Part shown: piece after piece, positions 31,475 through 40,533 of the stretch
Layout of the letters: every line of letters begins with the position of its first letter
Numbering within the stretch: position 1 is the first letter of the stretch
Source of the DNA: an uncultured Actinomycetota bacterium
GTDB lineage: Bacteria; Actinomycetota; Actinomycetes; Streptosporangiales; Streptosporangiaceae
Length of the DNA stretch: 64,000 nt
Assembly (NCBI GenBank): GCA_963753225.1
Contig: CAVWBQ010000013.1
Span: 167,041 to 231,040, forward strand
Reading direction: 5' to 3'
Notes under the pieces: generated by a model
Seen by the model: the letters and a program-made list of their open reading frames with translations, nothing else
What the model was told of the DNA's origin: nothing
Databases searched by the model: none
Translations under genes and position numbers: made by a program

Positions 31475-32979
31475 TTCAGGAAGTCGGGAACATCAAGGTC
31501 GTCGTCCTCCTCGAAGACGACGGGGCGGCGGCGCGTGGCGGCGACGTCGAAGGTCTTGGCCGCCCCGTCAGCGTGCGCCGGGCGGTAGGAAGAAGAGGAG
31601 TCACCGGCGTCGGAGCTCACGGCGACCCGCTCCGGCTGGCCGGGGCTCTCGGTGCTCTCCGTGCTCGTCGGATGCGCCGGTTCCTGCCCGGGCAGCTCGT
31701 AGGCCGCGGCCGGGGCGGCCTCGGCGGCCAGGTCGCGGGACGCCGCGATCGCGCCACCTGGCACCGGCGCACTGAGAATAGAGCCACCCGCCAGCGCGAA
31801 GCTGGTGTCGGGGGCGGCCGGGGAGTGCCCGTTACTGCTGGTCTCCGGGGTGGCGGGGCCGGAGGGCGCGCCGGGAGCAGGCCGGGGTGCCGGCGCGGGC
31901 GCGGGCGCCGGGCTAGCGCTCGGCGCGGGCGCCGGGCTAGCGCTCCGGCTGATGCTGAAAGAGGAGCCGTCGGCGTCGGCGCCGGCTGAGCCCCCGCCCG
32001 CCGCCCCGTCCCGCCCCACTCCGCGGCCGGCCTGCTCCTGGTCCAGGCCGGCCGCGATGACCGTCACCCGCACCTCATCACCGAGGGCGTCATCGATGAC
32101 CGCGCCGAAGATGATGTTCGCGTCGACCGCGGCCGAGTTGGAGACGAGCTGAGCCGCCTCGTTGATCTCGAACAGGCCGAGGTCAGAGCCGCCCTGGATG
32201 GAAAGCAGCACGCCGTGCGCGCCGTCGATGCTCGCCTCGAGCAGCGGGCTGGAGATCGCCATCTCGGCCGCGGCGACCGCGCGGTCGTCGCCGCGCGAGG
32301 AGCCGGTGCCCATCAGCGCCGAACCCGCGCCGGACATGACCGACTTCACGTCGGCGAAGTCGAGGTTGATCAGTCCCGGCGTGGTGATCAGGTCGGTGAT
32401 GCCCTGGACACCGGAGAGCAGCACCTGGTCGGCGGCCTTGAACGCGTCGAGGACGCTCACGTGCCGGTCGGAGATGGAAAGCAGCCGGTCGTTCGGGATG
32501 ACGATCAGCGTGTCGACCTCGCTGCGCAGCTTCTCGATACCGACCTCGGCCTGCACCACGCGGCGCTTGCCCTCGAAGCCGAACGGCCTGGTCACCACGC
32601 CGATGGTGAGGGCGCCGAGGGACCGGGCCACGTTCGCGACCACCGGCGCGCCGCCAGTGCCGGTGCCGCCGCCCTCCCCGGCCGTGACGAAGACCATGTC
32701 GGCGCCCTTGAGCACCTCCTCGATCTCCTCACGGTGATCTTCGGCGGCCTTGTTGCCGACATCGGGGTTGGCGCCGGCGCCCAGTCCCCTGGTGAGTTCC
32801 CGGCCGACATCGAGCTTGACGTCGGCGTCGCTCATGAGCAGCGCCTGCGCGTCAGTGTTGATCGCGATGAACTCGACGCCCTTGAGCCCCTCTTCGATCA
32901 TGCGATTGACGGCGTTGACGCCGCCACCGCCGATTCCGACGACCTTGATAACCGCCAGATAGTTCTGCGGTGCTGCCAC
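31471..32979 (-). CDS. ftsZ: cell division GTPase FtsZ
   Basis: 502 aa: [18 protein letters not shown]...GLGAGANP...[18 protein letters not shown]..., followed by a long Pro/Ala-rich linker and a C-terminal [10 protein letters not shown] peptide. Confidence 0.98.
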   Translation of the reverse strand: MAAPQNYLAVIKVVGIGGGGVNAVNRMIEEGLKGVEFIAINTDAQALLMSDADVKLDVGRELTRGLGAGANPDVGNKAAEDHREEIEEVLKGADMVFVTAGEGGGTGTGGAPVVANVARSLGALTIGVVTRPFGFEGKRRVVQAEVGIEKLRSEVDTLIVIPNDRLLSISDRHVSVLDAFKAADQVLLSGVQGITDLITTPGLINLDFADVKSVMSGAGSALMGTGSSRGDDRAVAAAEMAISSPLLEASIDGAHGVLLSIQGGSDLGLFEINEAAQLVSNSAAVDANIIFGAVIDDALGDEVRVTVIAAGLDQEQAGRGVGRDGAAGGGSAGADADGSSFSISRSASPAPAPSASPAPAPAPAPRPAPGAPSGPATPETSSNGHSPAAPDTSFALAGGSILSAPVPGGAIAASRDLAAEAAPAAAYELPGQEPAHPTSTESTESPGQPERVAVSSDAGDSSSSYRPAHADGAAKTFDVAATRRRPVVFEEDDDLDVPDFLK

Positions 32980-33227
32980 GAGGAGGGTACCTTTCCGCTC
33001 GTTTTAACTCTGCCATCCCGGCAGGCGGGCGACGTTTTTCGGTATACACGAATTCATCGCCTTGGCATGTTCGGTCACCATCAGGTTTCACCTTCAGGTT
33101 AAGATTTAGAGTTTTTTCCGTCCGCACGATTGATACGGACAGTAGGGTCGGACGGCACCCGGGTCAACTAACCACGCGCGAACCGGTCAGCGTGTCGCGG
33201 ATCGGCGGGTCTGAGCATCAGGCCAGA

Positions 33228-34010
33228 TCACTTGGCCGCGACGGACCCCGGCGCGCTCACGTCGTAATAGCGCATGTGCGATCGCATGAGGACGGTCAAC
33301 TCCCGCGCCTTGACCCCGGCCCGGCCGGTGTCGCCCCAGAGCACCGTTATCCCGTCGGCCAGGTACAGGGTCACCTGATCTGGCTCCGGCGCGTCGACCG
33401 ACGTCACTGAGTGCCGCAGCGTGGCGGGCAGCTCGCCGAGGACGGCGGCGGCCGCGGCCAGACCCGGATCGCCGCGCAGCGTGCCCACGGGGACCGCGGT
33501 GGCAAAGAGCGGCAGCCCGGCCGGGTGCCCGGCGGCCCACCGCACCACCACGCCGTCGGCGTCGACCAGGTCGTATCCTCCGCCCGGTGCGGGCAGGGCC
33601 AGGGCAGGCGTCCGCTCCCGCACCACGACGGTCAGCCGGTCCGGCCATGACCTGGTGACCTGCACGCTGCGGACCTGCCTGATCGCCTCGATCCTGGCCG
33701 CCGCCCTGGCGGTGTTCACGCGGATCAGCGGGGTGCCGAGCTGGACGCCGGACACGGCGAGAACCTCGGACCGCGGCACTAGGTGCGTCCCGCTGACGGT
33801 CACCGAGCGGACCACCAGCAGCGGCGAGCCGAACAGGACCCAGGCCGCGGCGCCGGTCACGCCGATGGCCGCGAGGACGAAGAACGCCGCGCGCCAGGCC
33901 GGGCGCTGTTTTACCGTCTTAACACGAGAAGTCGGGCTGTCACCAGCGGCTTCATCGTGGGAGGTTCGCGGGTCCGCACCGCCGGAGATGATGCCGCCGG
34001 GGCCGGTCAC
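33228..34010 (-). CDS. ftsQ: cell division protein FtsQ (POTRA domain)
   Basis: 260 aa. TM helix is AAFFVLAAIGVTGAAAWVLF, then SPLLVVRSVTVSGTHLVPRSEVLAVSGV..GTPL..V........I.....V.SV.V.R.WP..L.V.V.ER. GTG 34010 overlaps the murC stop (GTGA). Confidence 0.85.
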   Translation of the reverse strand: MTGPGGIISGGADPRTSHDEAAGDSPTSRVKTVKQRPAWRAAFFVLAAIGVTGAAAWVLFGSPLLVVRSVTVSGTHLVPRSEVLAVSGVQLGTPLIRVNTARAAARIEAIRQVRSVQVTRSWPDRLTVVVRERTPALALPAPGGGYDLVDADGVVVRWAAGHPAGLPLFATAVPVGTLRGDPGLAAAAAVLGELPATLRHSVTSVDAPEPDQVTLYLADGITVLWGDTGRAGVKARELTVLMRSHMRYYDVSAPGSVAAK

Positions 34011-35482
34011 TCCCGCGGCCCCCGGGGGGGTACGGGGGGGTTGTCCCCCCCGGAGGCAGCGGAGAGAACCTCGACCAGCCGCGGCCCGAGCGCGGTGATA
34101 TCCCCGGCTCCCATGGTCAGCACCAGGTCTCCCGGCTCCGCGATGGCGTCGATCAGCATGGCCACCCGCGCCGGGTCGGGCACGAACCTGGCGTGCCCGC
34201 CGGGCACGGCGTCCACGATGAGGCGGCCGCTGACGCCGGGTTCCGGGTCTTCCCTGGCGGCGTACACGTCGAGCACGACGGCCTCGTCGGCCAGCCCGAG
34301 CGCGGCGCCGAACTCGGCCGCGAAGATCCTGGTCCGGCTGAACAGGTGCGGCTGGAAGATCGCGATGACCCGGCCCTTGCCCGCGGAGTTCACGATGTCC
34401 CTGGCCGCGTGCAGGTCGGCGGCGAGTTCGGTGGGGTGGTGCGCGTAGCTGTCCAGGACCCGCACCCCGCGCGCCTCGCCCTTGAGTTCCATCCGGCGCC
34501 ACGCGCCGCGGTAGCCCGCGATGGCCGCGGCCACCCGGGGCGGGGCGAAGCCGAGCTCGACGGCGGCGGCGAAGGCGGCGGTGGCGTTCAGGGCGTTGTG
34601 GTGACCGGGCACGTCCACGGTCATCTGGGTGAAGATCTCACCGAACGGACCGCGGTCGGCCGCCACGGTAAAGCCGGTCGCCATCCCCAGGGACGTCACG
34701 TCGGTGAGCCGGTAGTCGGCGTCCGAGGTCACTCCGTACCTGCGGACCCGCGCGGGATCCAGGCGGGCCGCGACGGCCTCGGCACCAGGGTCGTCCGCGC
34801 AGGTCAGCACCATTGCGCTGACGCTCTGGCCGAATGTGGTGAACGCCGCCTGGATTTCCGCCAGGCTCGCGTAGTGGTCCAGGTGGTCGGCCTCGACGTT
34901 GGTGATGATCGCGACGTCGGGCGACAGCAGCAGGAACGACCCGTCGCTCTCGTCCGCCTCGGCCACGAAGTCGAGGCCTGATCCGTCTTCCGCGCCGAGC
35001 CCGGTCTCGGTGAGGATCCCGCCGATGACGTAGCCGGGGTCGGCCCCGCATTCGCGCAGCACCGTGGTGAGCATGGAGGTGGTGGTGGTCTTGCCGTGCG
35101 TCCCGGCGACCGCGATAACCCGGCGGCCGGCCATGACCGAGGCGAGCGCCGCTGCCCGGTGCACCACCCGCATCCCGCGCCGGATCGCCTCGGCCAGTTC
35201 CGGGTTGTCCGCGCGGATTGCGCTCGACACCACCAGCGTGTCGCCGGGGCCGAGACGGCCGAGGTTGCCGGGCGCGTGCCCGACATGCACGTCGGCGCCG
35301 AGATCCCTTAGCTCGCCGAGCAGCGCCGAATCCCTCGCGTCGCTCCCGGACACCCCGATGCCGCGGGCCAGCATGATGCGAGCGATCCCGGACATGCCCG
35401 CGCCGCCGATGCCGGCGAAGTGCACCCGGCCGAGCATGGCCGCGGGCACCGGCTCAGCGGGAGTGACGAGGTTCTTGAGCAC
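34007..35482 (-). CDS. murC: UDP-N-acetylmuramate--L-alanine ligase
   Basis: RVHFAGIGGAGMSGIARIML..G..VSGSD...AVAGTHGKTTTTSML. Start is GTG 35482 (overlaps the murG end) or ATG 35437. Confidence 0.94.
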   Translation of the reverse strand: MLKNLVTPAEPVPAAMLGRVHFAGIGGAGMSGIARIMLARGIGVSGSDARDSALLGELRDLGADVHVGHAPGNLGRLGPGDTLVVSSAIRADNPELAEAIRRGMRVVHRAAALASVMAGRRVIAVAGTHGKTTTTSMLTTVLRECGADPGYVIGGILTETGLGAEDGSGLDFVAEADESDGSFLLLSPDVAIITNVEADHLDHYASLAEIQAAFTTFGQSVSAMVLTCADDPGAEAVAARLDPARVRRYGVTSDADYRLTDVTSLGMATGFTVAADRGPFGEIFTQMTVDVPGHHNALNATAAFAAAVELGFAPPRVAAAIAGYRGAWRRMELKGEARGVRVLDSYAHHPTELAADLHAARDIVNSAGKGRVIAIFQPHLFSRTRIFAAEFGAALGLADEAVVLDVYAAREDPEPGVSGRLIVDAVPGGHARFVPDPARVAMLIDAIAEPGDLVLTMGAGDITALGPRLVEVLSAASGGDNPPVPPRGPRE

Positions 35483-36569
35483 CTGCGCCCTTTCCCTCCA
35501 CGATCTCGTAGACCGCCTCGGCCAGCCAGCGGTCCGCGTCGCCGCGGCCGAGCGAGTGGGCCGCCTCCGACATGTCCGCCACCTGGTCGATGTTGACCAG
35601 CACCGGCAGCAGGGTGTCGCGGATCCACTCGGGGGTCAGGTCGGCGTCGGTCACCAGCATGCCGCCGCCCCGCTGCACGATCGGCAGCGCGTTCAGCCGC
35701 TGCTCGCCGTTGCCGATGGGCAGCGGGACGTAGGCGGCCGGCAGGCCGACGGCGGTGAGCTCGGCGCAGGTCATCGCGCCCGCCCGGCACAGCGCGAAGT
35801 CCGCCGCCGCGTAGGCCAGGTCCATCCGGTCGATATAGGTCATGGCCACGTAGGGCACGCCGGAGGACGCCACCGGAGCCTCGTGGCCGTTGCGGGGGCC
35901 GATGATGTGCAGCACCTGGACGCCCGCCTCGCGGAGCCATCCGGCGGCCCCGAACACCGCGTCGTTCAGCGAGCGTGCCCCCTGCGAGCCGCCGGTCACC
36001 AGCAGCACGGGCAGGTCGGGGCGGAGCCCGAAGTGCGTGCGCGCCTTGTCGCCGAGCCCCAGCCGGTCGAGGTCGGCGATCTCGCGCCTGATGGGGATGC
36101 CGAGGTACGTGCCGTTCCTGAGCTGGGTATCCGGGTGGCCGGTGAAGACGTGCGTGGTGAACCGGGCGCCGAGCCGGTTGGCCAGCCCGGGCTTGGGGTT
36201 AGCCTCGTGCACGACGATCGGGATCTTGCGGCGCCGCGCCGCGAGGTAGGCCGGGGTGGCGACATAGCCGCCGAACCCGACGAGTACCTGGGCCCGGGTC
36301 CGGTCGATCGCGGCGGCGGCCGCGTTGACCGCACCGGCCAGCCGGCCGGGCACCGTGAGCAGCCTGGGCGTGACGGACCTGGGCATCGGCACCGCCGGGA
36401 TGAGCTCCAGCGGGTACCCGCGCAGCGGGATAAGCCGGGTTTCCAGGCCACGTTCCGTGCCCAGGCAGGTCACTTCGGAGCCGGAGTCGATCCGGCGCAA
36501 AGCGTCGGCCAGTGCCAGCGCTGGCTCGATGTGGCCGGCGGACCCGCCGCCGGCTAGCAGTACCCTCAT
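35454..36569 (-). CDS. murG: UDP-N-acetylglucosamine--N-acetylmuramyl-(pentapeptide) pyrophosphoryl-undecaprenol GlcNAc transferase
   Basis: 371 aa: MRVLLAGGGSAGHIEPALALA...GGYV..P...AA....IP.VVHE.N...GLAN...VTGGSQGA...RAGA.T.AEL...G.P...VPLP. Confidence 0.95.
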   Translation of the reverse strand: MRVLLAGGGSAGHIEPALALADALRRIDSGSEVTCLGTERGLETRLIPLRGYPLELIPAVPMPRSVTPRLLTVPGRLAGAVNAAAAAIDRTRAQVLVGFGGYVATPAYLAARRRKIPIVVHEANPKPGLANRLGARFTTHVFTGHPDTQLRNGTYLGIPIRREIADLDRLGLGDKARTHFGLRPDLPVLLVTGGSQGARSLNDAVFGAAGWLREAGVQVLHIIGPRNGHEAPVASSGVPYVAMTYIDRMDLAYAAADFALCRAGAMTCAELTAVGLPAAYVPLPIGNGEQRLNALPIVQRGGGMLVTDADLTPEWIRDTLLPVLVNIDQVADMSEAAHSLGRGDADRWLAEAVYEIVEGKGAGAQEPRHSR

Positions 36570-36576
36570 ATGTTTT

Positions 36577-37872
36577 TTACTTTCGGCGCTTGGACAGACC
36601 GAGCCAGCTTAGAACGCGCAGCGGCCAGCCGGGGCCACGTGCGGCCAAAGCCTCGCGGGCACCGGGCTCCAGCCGGGCGAGCGACATCAGCATGCCCAGC
36701 CCGACCAGTGTCACCAGCAAGGATGATAGCCCGGCGGAGACGAGCGGCAGCGGGACTCCGGTGATGGGCAAGATGCCGATCACCGCTCCGATGTTGATGG
36801 CCGCCTGGACCACGATCCACGCCGTGATTGCGGTCGCGGCCATGCGGCAGAACATGTCCGGCACGCGGCGGGCGATCCTGAGGCCGGCGAAGGCCAGCCC
36901 GCCGTACAGGATGGTCACGCACAGCGTGCCGACGAGCCCGAGTTCCTCGCCGATGATGGCGAAGATGAAGTCGGTGGTCGATTCCGGCACCCAGCCCCAC
37001 TTGCCCCCGCTGGCGCCGAGGCCAACGCCGAACCAGCCGCCAGAGCCGACCGCGTACTTGCCCTGGATGCTCTGCATGTTGACGCCGGTGGCGCTGCCCT
37101 GCCCCTCCAGGTAGCCGGTCAGGCGCTGGAAGCGGTACTTGGCCGAGACGATCATCAGGAGCATGGCCAGGGCCATCAGGATCAGCACGCCGCTGAAGAC
37201 CCGGCCGGGGGTGCCGATGACCCACAGCAAGGCGAGGAAGATGACCAGCAGGATGAACGTGGTGCCCAGGTCGTCGCCCGACATCACGAGCAGGCATAGC
37301 ACGCCCGCGCCGGGCATGAGCGGCACCAGCATGTGCCGCCAGTCGGCCAGCTGGCCGAACCTGTCCTTGCGGGCCAGCAGGTCGGCTCCCCACATGGCCA
37401 GGGCGAGCTTGGCGATCTCCGAGGGCTGTACCTGCTGCCCGCCGATGTTGATCCAGCGCGAGGCGCCGTTCTGCGTGACGCCGACGCCGTGGATGAGGGT
37501 GAGGCAGAGCCCGACCACCGAGACCGCGAGCAGCGGGTAGGCCAGGGCGCGGAACAGCCGTGGCGACGAACGCGCCGCCACCCACATCAGCGGCAGGCCG
37601 ACGCAGGCGCCCAGGAGCTGCTTTTTGAAGTCGGAGTAGGGCGAGAGCCCGGCGGTCAGGTCGGCCACCGACGCGGTGGACTGCACCATCACCAGGCCGA
37701 GCCCGAGCAGCAGCAGGGTGATGCCCAGCACGAGGTAGTACGACGTGAGCGGCCGGTCGAGCAGCGCGCGCCACACGCCGATCCGTCCCCTGATGTCCCG
37801 CACACCGCCCAGGCCGGGAAGGCGCGGCGCGTCCTGCTCGGGCAGGTCAAGCTCCGCGAGATCCTGCTGCAT
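36577..37872 (-). CDS. ftsW: FtsW (SEDS-family peptidoglycan glycosyltransferase / lipid II flippase)
   Basis: Polytopic protein: ...RWINIGGQQVQPSEIAKLAL...MSGDDLGTT...AVGSGGWFGVGLG.S..K..W.PE..TDFIFA.IGEELG...LP.TGVPLP..S.G.SS. ATG 37872 is preferred over TTG 37902. Confidence 0.92.
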   Translation of the reverse strand: MQQDLAELDLPEQDAPRLPGLGGVRDIRGRIGVWRALLDRPLTSYYLVLGITLLLLGLGLVMVQSTASVADLTAGLSPYSDFKKQLLGACVGLPLMWVAARSSPRLFRALAYPLLAVSVVGLCLTLIHGVGVTQNGASRWINIGGQQVQPSEIAKLALAMWGADLLARKDRFGQLADWRHMLVPLMPGAGVLCLLVMSGDDLGTTFILLVIFLALLWVIGTPGRVFSGVLILMALAMLLMIVSAKYRFQRLTGYLEGQGSATGVNMQSIQGKYAVGSGGWFGVGLGASGGKWGWVPESTTDFIFAIIGEELGLVGTLCVTILYGGLAFAGLRIARRVPDMFCRMAATAITAWIVVQAAINIGAVIGILPITGVPLPLVSAGLSSLLVTLVGLGMLMSLARLEPGAREALAARGPGWPLRVLSWLGLSKRRK

Positions 37873-37998
37873 GGTCCCAGTGTGTTGGCCGGCCCGCAGC
37901 AAGACCGGGACATCCGGTGCGTGTCGCCGGATTTGACCGGTGACCCGCCGCGCCAGGCGAGATGAAGTTGGATCGTTAATCTGGCATGATGTGACCCA

Positions 37999-38178
37999 AT
38001 GAGCAGGTCAGAGTCTTCTCGTTTCCCGGTGACGGTTTCCCGGCTTCCCGTAACACGCTGCGAGGTATGCGGGCGTACCCTCGCCTACCGGCCCGGCCAG
38101 GCCAGCGCGGTGCTAACCCAGCACTACAACCGGATGCACCCCGAAGCCCTCACCGGCACGCCGGACAAAACGCGTTAA
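37999..38178 (+). CDS. possible 59-aa zinc-ribbon-like small protein (below the track length cutoff)
   Basis: Hand-translated as MSRSESSRFPVTVSRLPVTRCEVCGRTLAYRPGQASAVLTQHYNRMHPEALTGTPDKTR, with a C-x2-C...H-x4-H spacing. Third-position GC is fairly high. There is no clear Shine-Dalgarno sequence. Confidence 0.3.
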   Translation: MSRSESSRFPVTVSRLPVTRCEVCGRTLAYRPGQASAVLTQHYNRMHPEALTGTPDKTR

Positions 38179-38216
38179 ACGGGCTACCGCCGCCGGAACC
38201 CGCCCGGATAGGCTGA

Positions 38217-38732
38217 GTGATGGCCATCGCGGCGATGATCGCATGGGTCGTCACCGCCAGCATCGGGTTCTACATGCTGCGCACCTGGGTGACGCGCGGC
38301 GGCCTGCGGCGGCAGCGCTCCACCGGGGTCGGGGTCCCGCCGGCGGTGGTCTTCGGCCATGCCAGCGCCGCCCTTACCGGCCTGGCGATCTGGCTCGGCT
38401 TCGTCGACACGGGCCTGGACCTGCTCGCCTGGATCGGCGTCGCGGTGGTCACCGGCGCCATCGCCCTGGGCGTGTGCACGGTCACCTTGTGGACGCCCTA
38501 TCCGGTGGCCGTCCCCCCGGCCCCTCCGCCCCCTGAAGCCGTCGCCGGGGCACCCGCTCCCGCGGACGGGAGCACTATCACCGACGAGATGATCGCGAAA
38601 CTGCTGGCCAACCCGGTCCGGGCCTCGCGCAGGCCGCGGCTCAAGCTGGTCCCGCTCATCCCGGTGGCGCACGGCTTCGCCGCGCTGACCACGTTCATGC
38701 TCGCCGTGCTGGCCGCCATTAGCGCCCGATAG
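38217..38732 (+). CDS. integral membrane protein (4 predicted helices, Pro-rich loop)
   Basis: 171 aa: IAAMIAWVVTASIGFYML, VVFGHASAALTGLAIWLGFV, LLAWIGVAVVTGAIALGV, LIPVAHGFAALTTFMLAVLAAI. No family recognised. Confidence 0.55.
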   Translation: MMAIAAMIAWVVTASIGFYMLRTWVTRGGLRRQRSTGVGVPPAVVFGHASAALTGLAIWLGFVDTGLDLLAWIGVAVVTGAIALGVCTVTLWTPYPVAVPPAPPPPEAVAGAPAPADGSTITDEMIAKLLANPVRASRRPRLKLVPLIPVAHGFAALTTFMLAVLAAISAR

Positions 38733-38806
38733 GTAGGTTTTAATCCCATTCGTTCCCCGCCTACCCCGGTTGGGCCGTCGGCGCGCTCGTCAGGCAGTCT
38801 GGATCC

Positions 38807-39643
38807 ATGGCAGAAACGCTGACAATGATGGCCGTACACGCGCACCCCGACGACGAGGCGTCGAGCACGGGCGGCGTACTGGCGGCCTACTCGGCCCAGG
38901 GCATCCGGACCGTGGTCGTGACGTGCACCAACGGGGAGTTCGGGGACGCGACCGGCGGGGTCAAGCCCGGCCAGAATGGGCACGACGAGCAGGCCGTGGC
39001 TCAGCAGCGACTCGCTGAGCTGCGCGAATCCTGCGCGATCCTGGGCGTGACCAACCTGGAACTACTCGGCTACCACGATTCCGGCATGCCGGACTGGGAC
39101 TATAAGGACCGGCCGGACGCCTTCTGCAACATCCCTGAGGCGGACGTGGCGGCCCGGATCTCAGAGCTGATCGAGGTGTACCAGCCGCAGGTGCTGGTCA
39201 CGTACGACGATCAGGGGCCGTACCAGCATCCCGATCACGTGCATGCGAGCCGCTCGGCCCAGAAGGCGTTCGCCGCCAGCGGCAGCGTGGCCAAGCTCTA
39301 CCTCAGCGCGATGCGCGGCAGTGACTGGCGGAAGATCTGGGAGGCCCTGCGCGAACTCGGCGCCGACGTGCCCGACTTCGAGAACCCGGACGCGGAACGA
39401 CAGCGGCGGGGGCTCGAGTCCGAGCAGCGCATCACCACCACCGTCGACATCCGGCAGGTGCTCCCCCGCAAGCGCGAGGCCCTGTTCGCGCACGGCAGCC
39501 AGATCGGCGGCGAGTCGTGGTTCAGTAAGATCCCCCAGGACATCGCCGAGGCCACCTTCGGCCGCGAGAGCTTCATCCGGGTCAGTGACAGCACCGGCGC
39601 CCCGCTGCCAGAAGACGACCTGTTCGCGGGCCTGCGGCCATGA
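38807..39643 (+). CDS. PIG-L/LmbE-family deacetylase (MshB/Mca-like)
   Basis: 278 aa: LTMMAVHAHPDDEASSTGGVLA...VVVTCTNGE...LGYHDSGMP...VTYDDQGPYQHPDHV. Confidence 0.85.
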   Translation: MAETLTMMAVHAHPDDEASSTGGVLAAYSAQGIRTVVVTCTNGEFGDATGGVKPGQNGHDEQAVAQQRLAELRESCAILGVTNLELLGYHDSGMPDWDYKDRPDAFCNIPEADVAARISELIEVYQPQVLVTYDDQGPYQHPDHVHASRSAQKAFAASGSVAKLYLSAMRGSDWRKIWEALRELGADVPDFENPDAERQRRGLESEQRITTTVDIRQVLPRKREALFAHGSQIGGESWFSKIPQDIAEATFGRESFIRVSDSTGAPLPEDDLFAGLRP

Positions 39644-40533
39644 CCGCCGGGTCCTACGCCGACGCCGCGGGGCTGGTCGAGCGGTCCGCCGCCGCGTACG
39701 CGGCCGCCGTGCCGGTCACGCCGGAGGACGACGGCTTCTTCGGGCCAGGGAGCGTGACCTGGCGGGTCAGCACGGATCTGGCCGCACCGGTGGCGGGACT
39801 CCGGTCACTGCTCATCCAGGCGCTGCACCCGCTGGCAATGGCCGGAGTCGACCAGCACAGCGACTGGCGCACCGATCCGGTCGGCAGGCTCGCGGCCACC
39901 TCCGCCTACGAGGCCACGGTCACGTTCGGGGACCGGGCCGGCGCCGCCCGGGCTGCGCGGCAGGTACGGGCCATCCACGAGCACGTCCGCGGCGTGGACA
40001 CGGTGACCGGCCTGCCGTACGCGGCCGGCGACCCGGCGCTGCTGCTGTGGGTGCACGCCGCCCTGGTCGATTCGGGCCTGGCCGCGAGCACCCTGTTCGG
40101 CACGCCGCTGACCGCCGCGGACGCCGACGGCTACGTGGCCGAGATGACCATCGCGGCCGAACTGCTCGGGGTGCCGCACGAGATGATCCCGGACAGCGTG
40201 GCCGCCCTCGGCCGTTACTTCGCCGGGGTCCGGCCGGACCTGCGCCGCACGCCCGCGGCGGCGGAGTCGATGAGCTACCTGCTCGATCCGCCCGGGCTCG
40301 ACGAGGACATCGCCGAGCTGTGGCAGGACATCAGGGACGCCGCGCTGCTGGCGCTGCCTGACTGGGCCATCCAGATGTACGGATACGCCGAGCCGCCACC
40401 GCTGACGGCGGAACGGCGGACCGAGATCCGCCAGGCCCTGGGCGTGCTGGACGCGGTCTTCCTGGGCGAACCCGGCGTGCTGGAGGCCCGGCAGCGGATC
40501 ATCGCGCGGATGCGTTCGGCGGGCAGGAAGTGA
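39640..40533 (+). CDS. DUF2236 / MpaB-type oxygenase-family protein
   Basis: 297 aa: GPGSVTWRVSTDLAAPVAGLRSLLIQALHPLAMAGVDQHSDWRTDPVGRLAATSAYEATVTFG....A......VR.IHEHVRG. ATGA overlap with the preceding gene. Confidence 0.78.
   Translation: MTAGSYADAAGLVERSAAAYAAAVPVTPEDDGFFGPGSVTWRVSTDLAAPVAGLRSLLIQALHPLAMAGVDQHSDWRTDPVGRLAATSAYEATVTFGDRAGAARAARQVRAIHEHVRGVDTVTGLPYAAGDPALLLWVHAALVDSGLAASTLFGTPLTAADADGYVAEMTIAAELLGVPHEMIPDSVAALGRYFAGVRPDLRRTPAAAESMSYLLDPPGLDEDIAELWQDIRDAALLALPDWAIQMYGYAEPPPLTAERRTEIRQALGVLDAVFLGEPGVLEARQRIIARMRSAGRK

Noticed and set aside
33118-33156. Hairpin ccgtccg...cggacgg in the ftsQ-ftsZ spacer as a terminator
   Set aside because: The T-run lies on the wrong side of the stem for either transcription direction. 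This AT-richer 248-bp spacer is more likely the ftsZ promoter region.
34026-34040. Shared word gggggtacggggggg at 34026-40 and 53838-52 as a dispersed repeat
   Set aside because: Both arise from Pro-codon runs (PPVPP in MurC, PPRTPP in FtsI) in unrelated contexts. The similarity does not extend beyond the G-runs.
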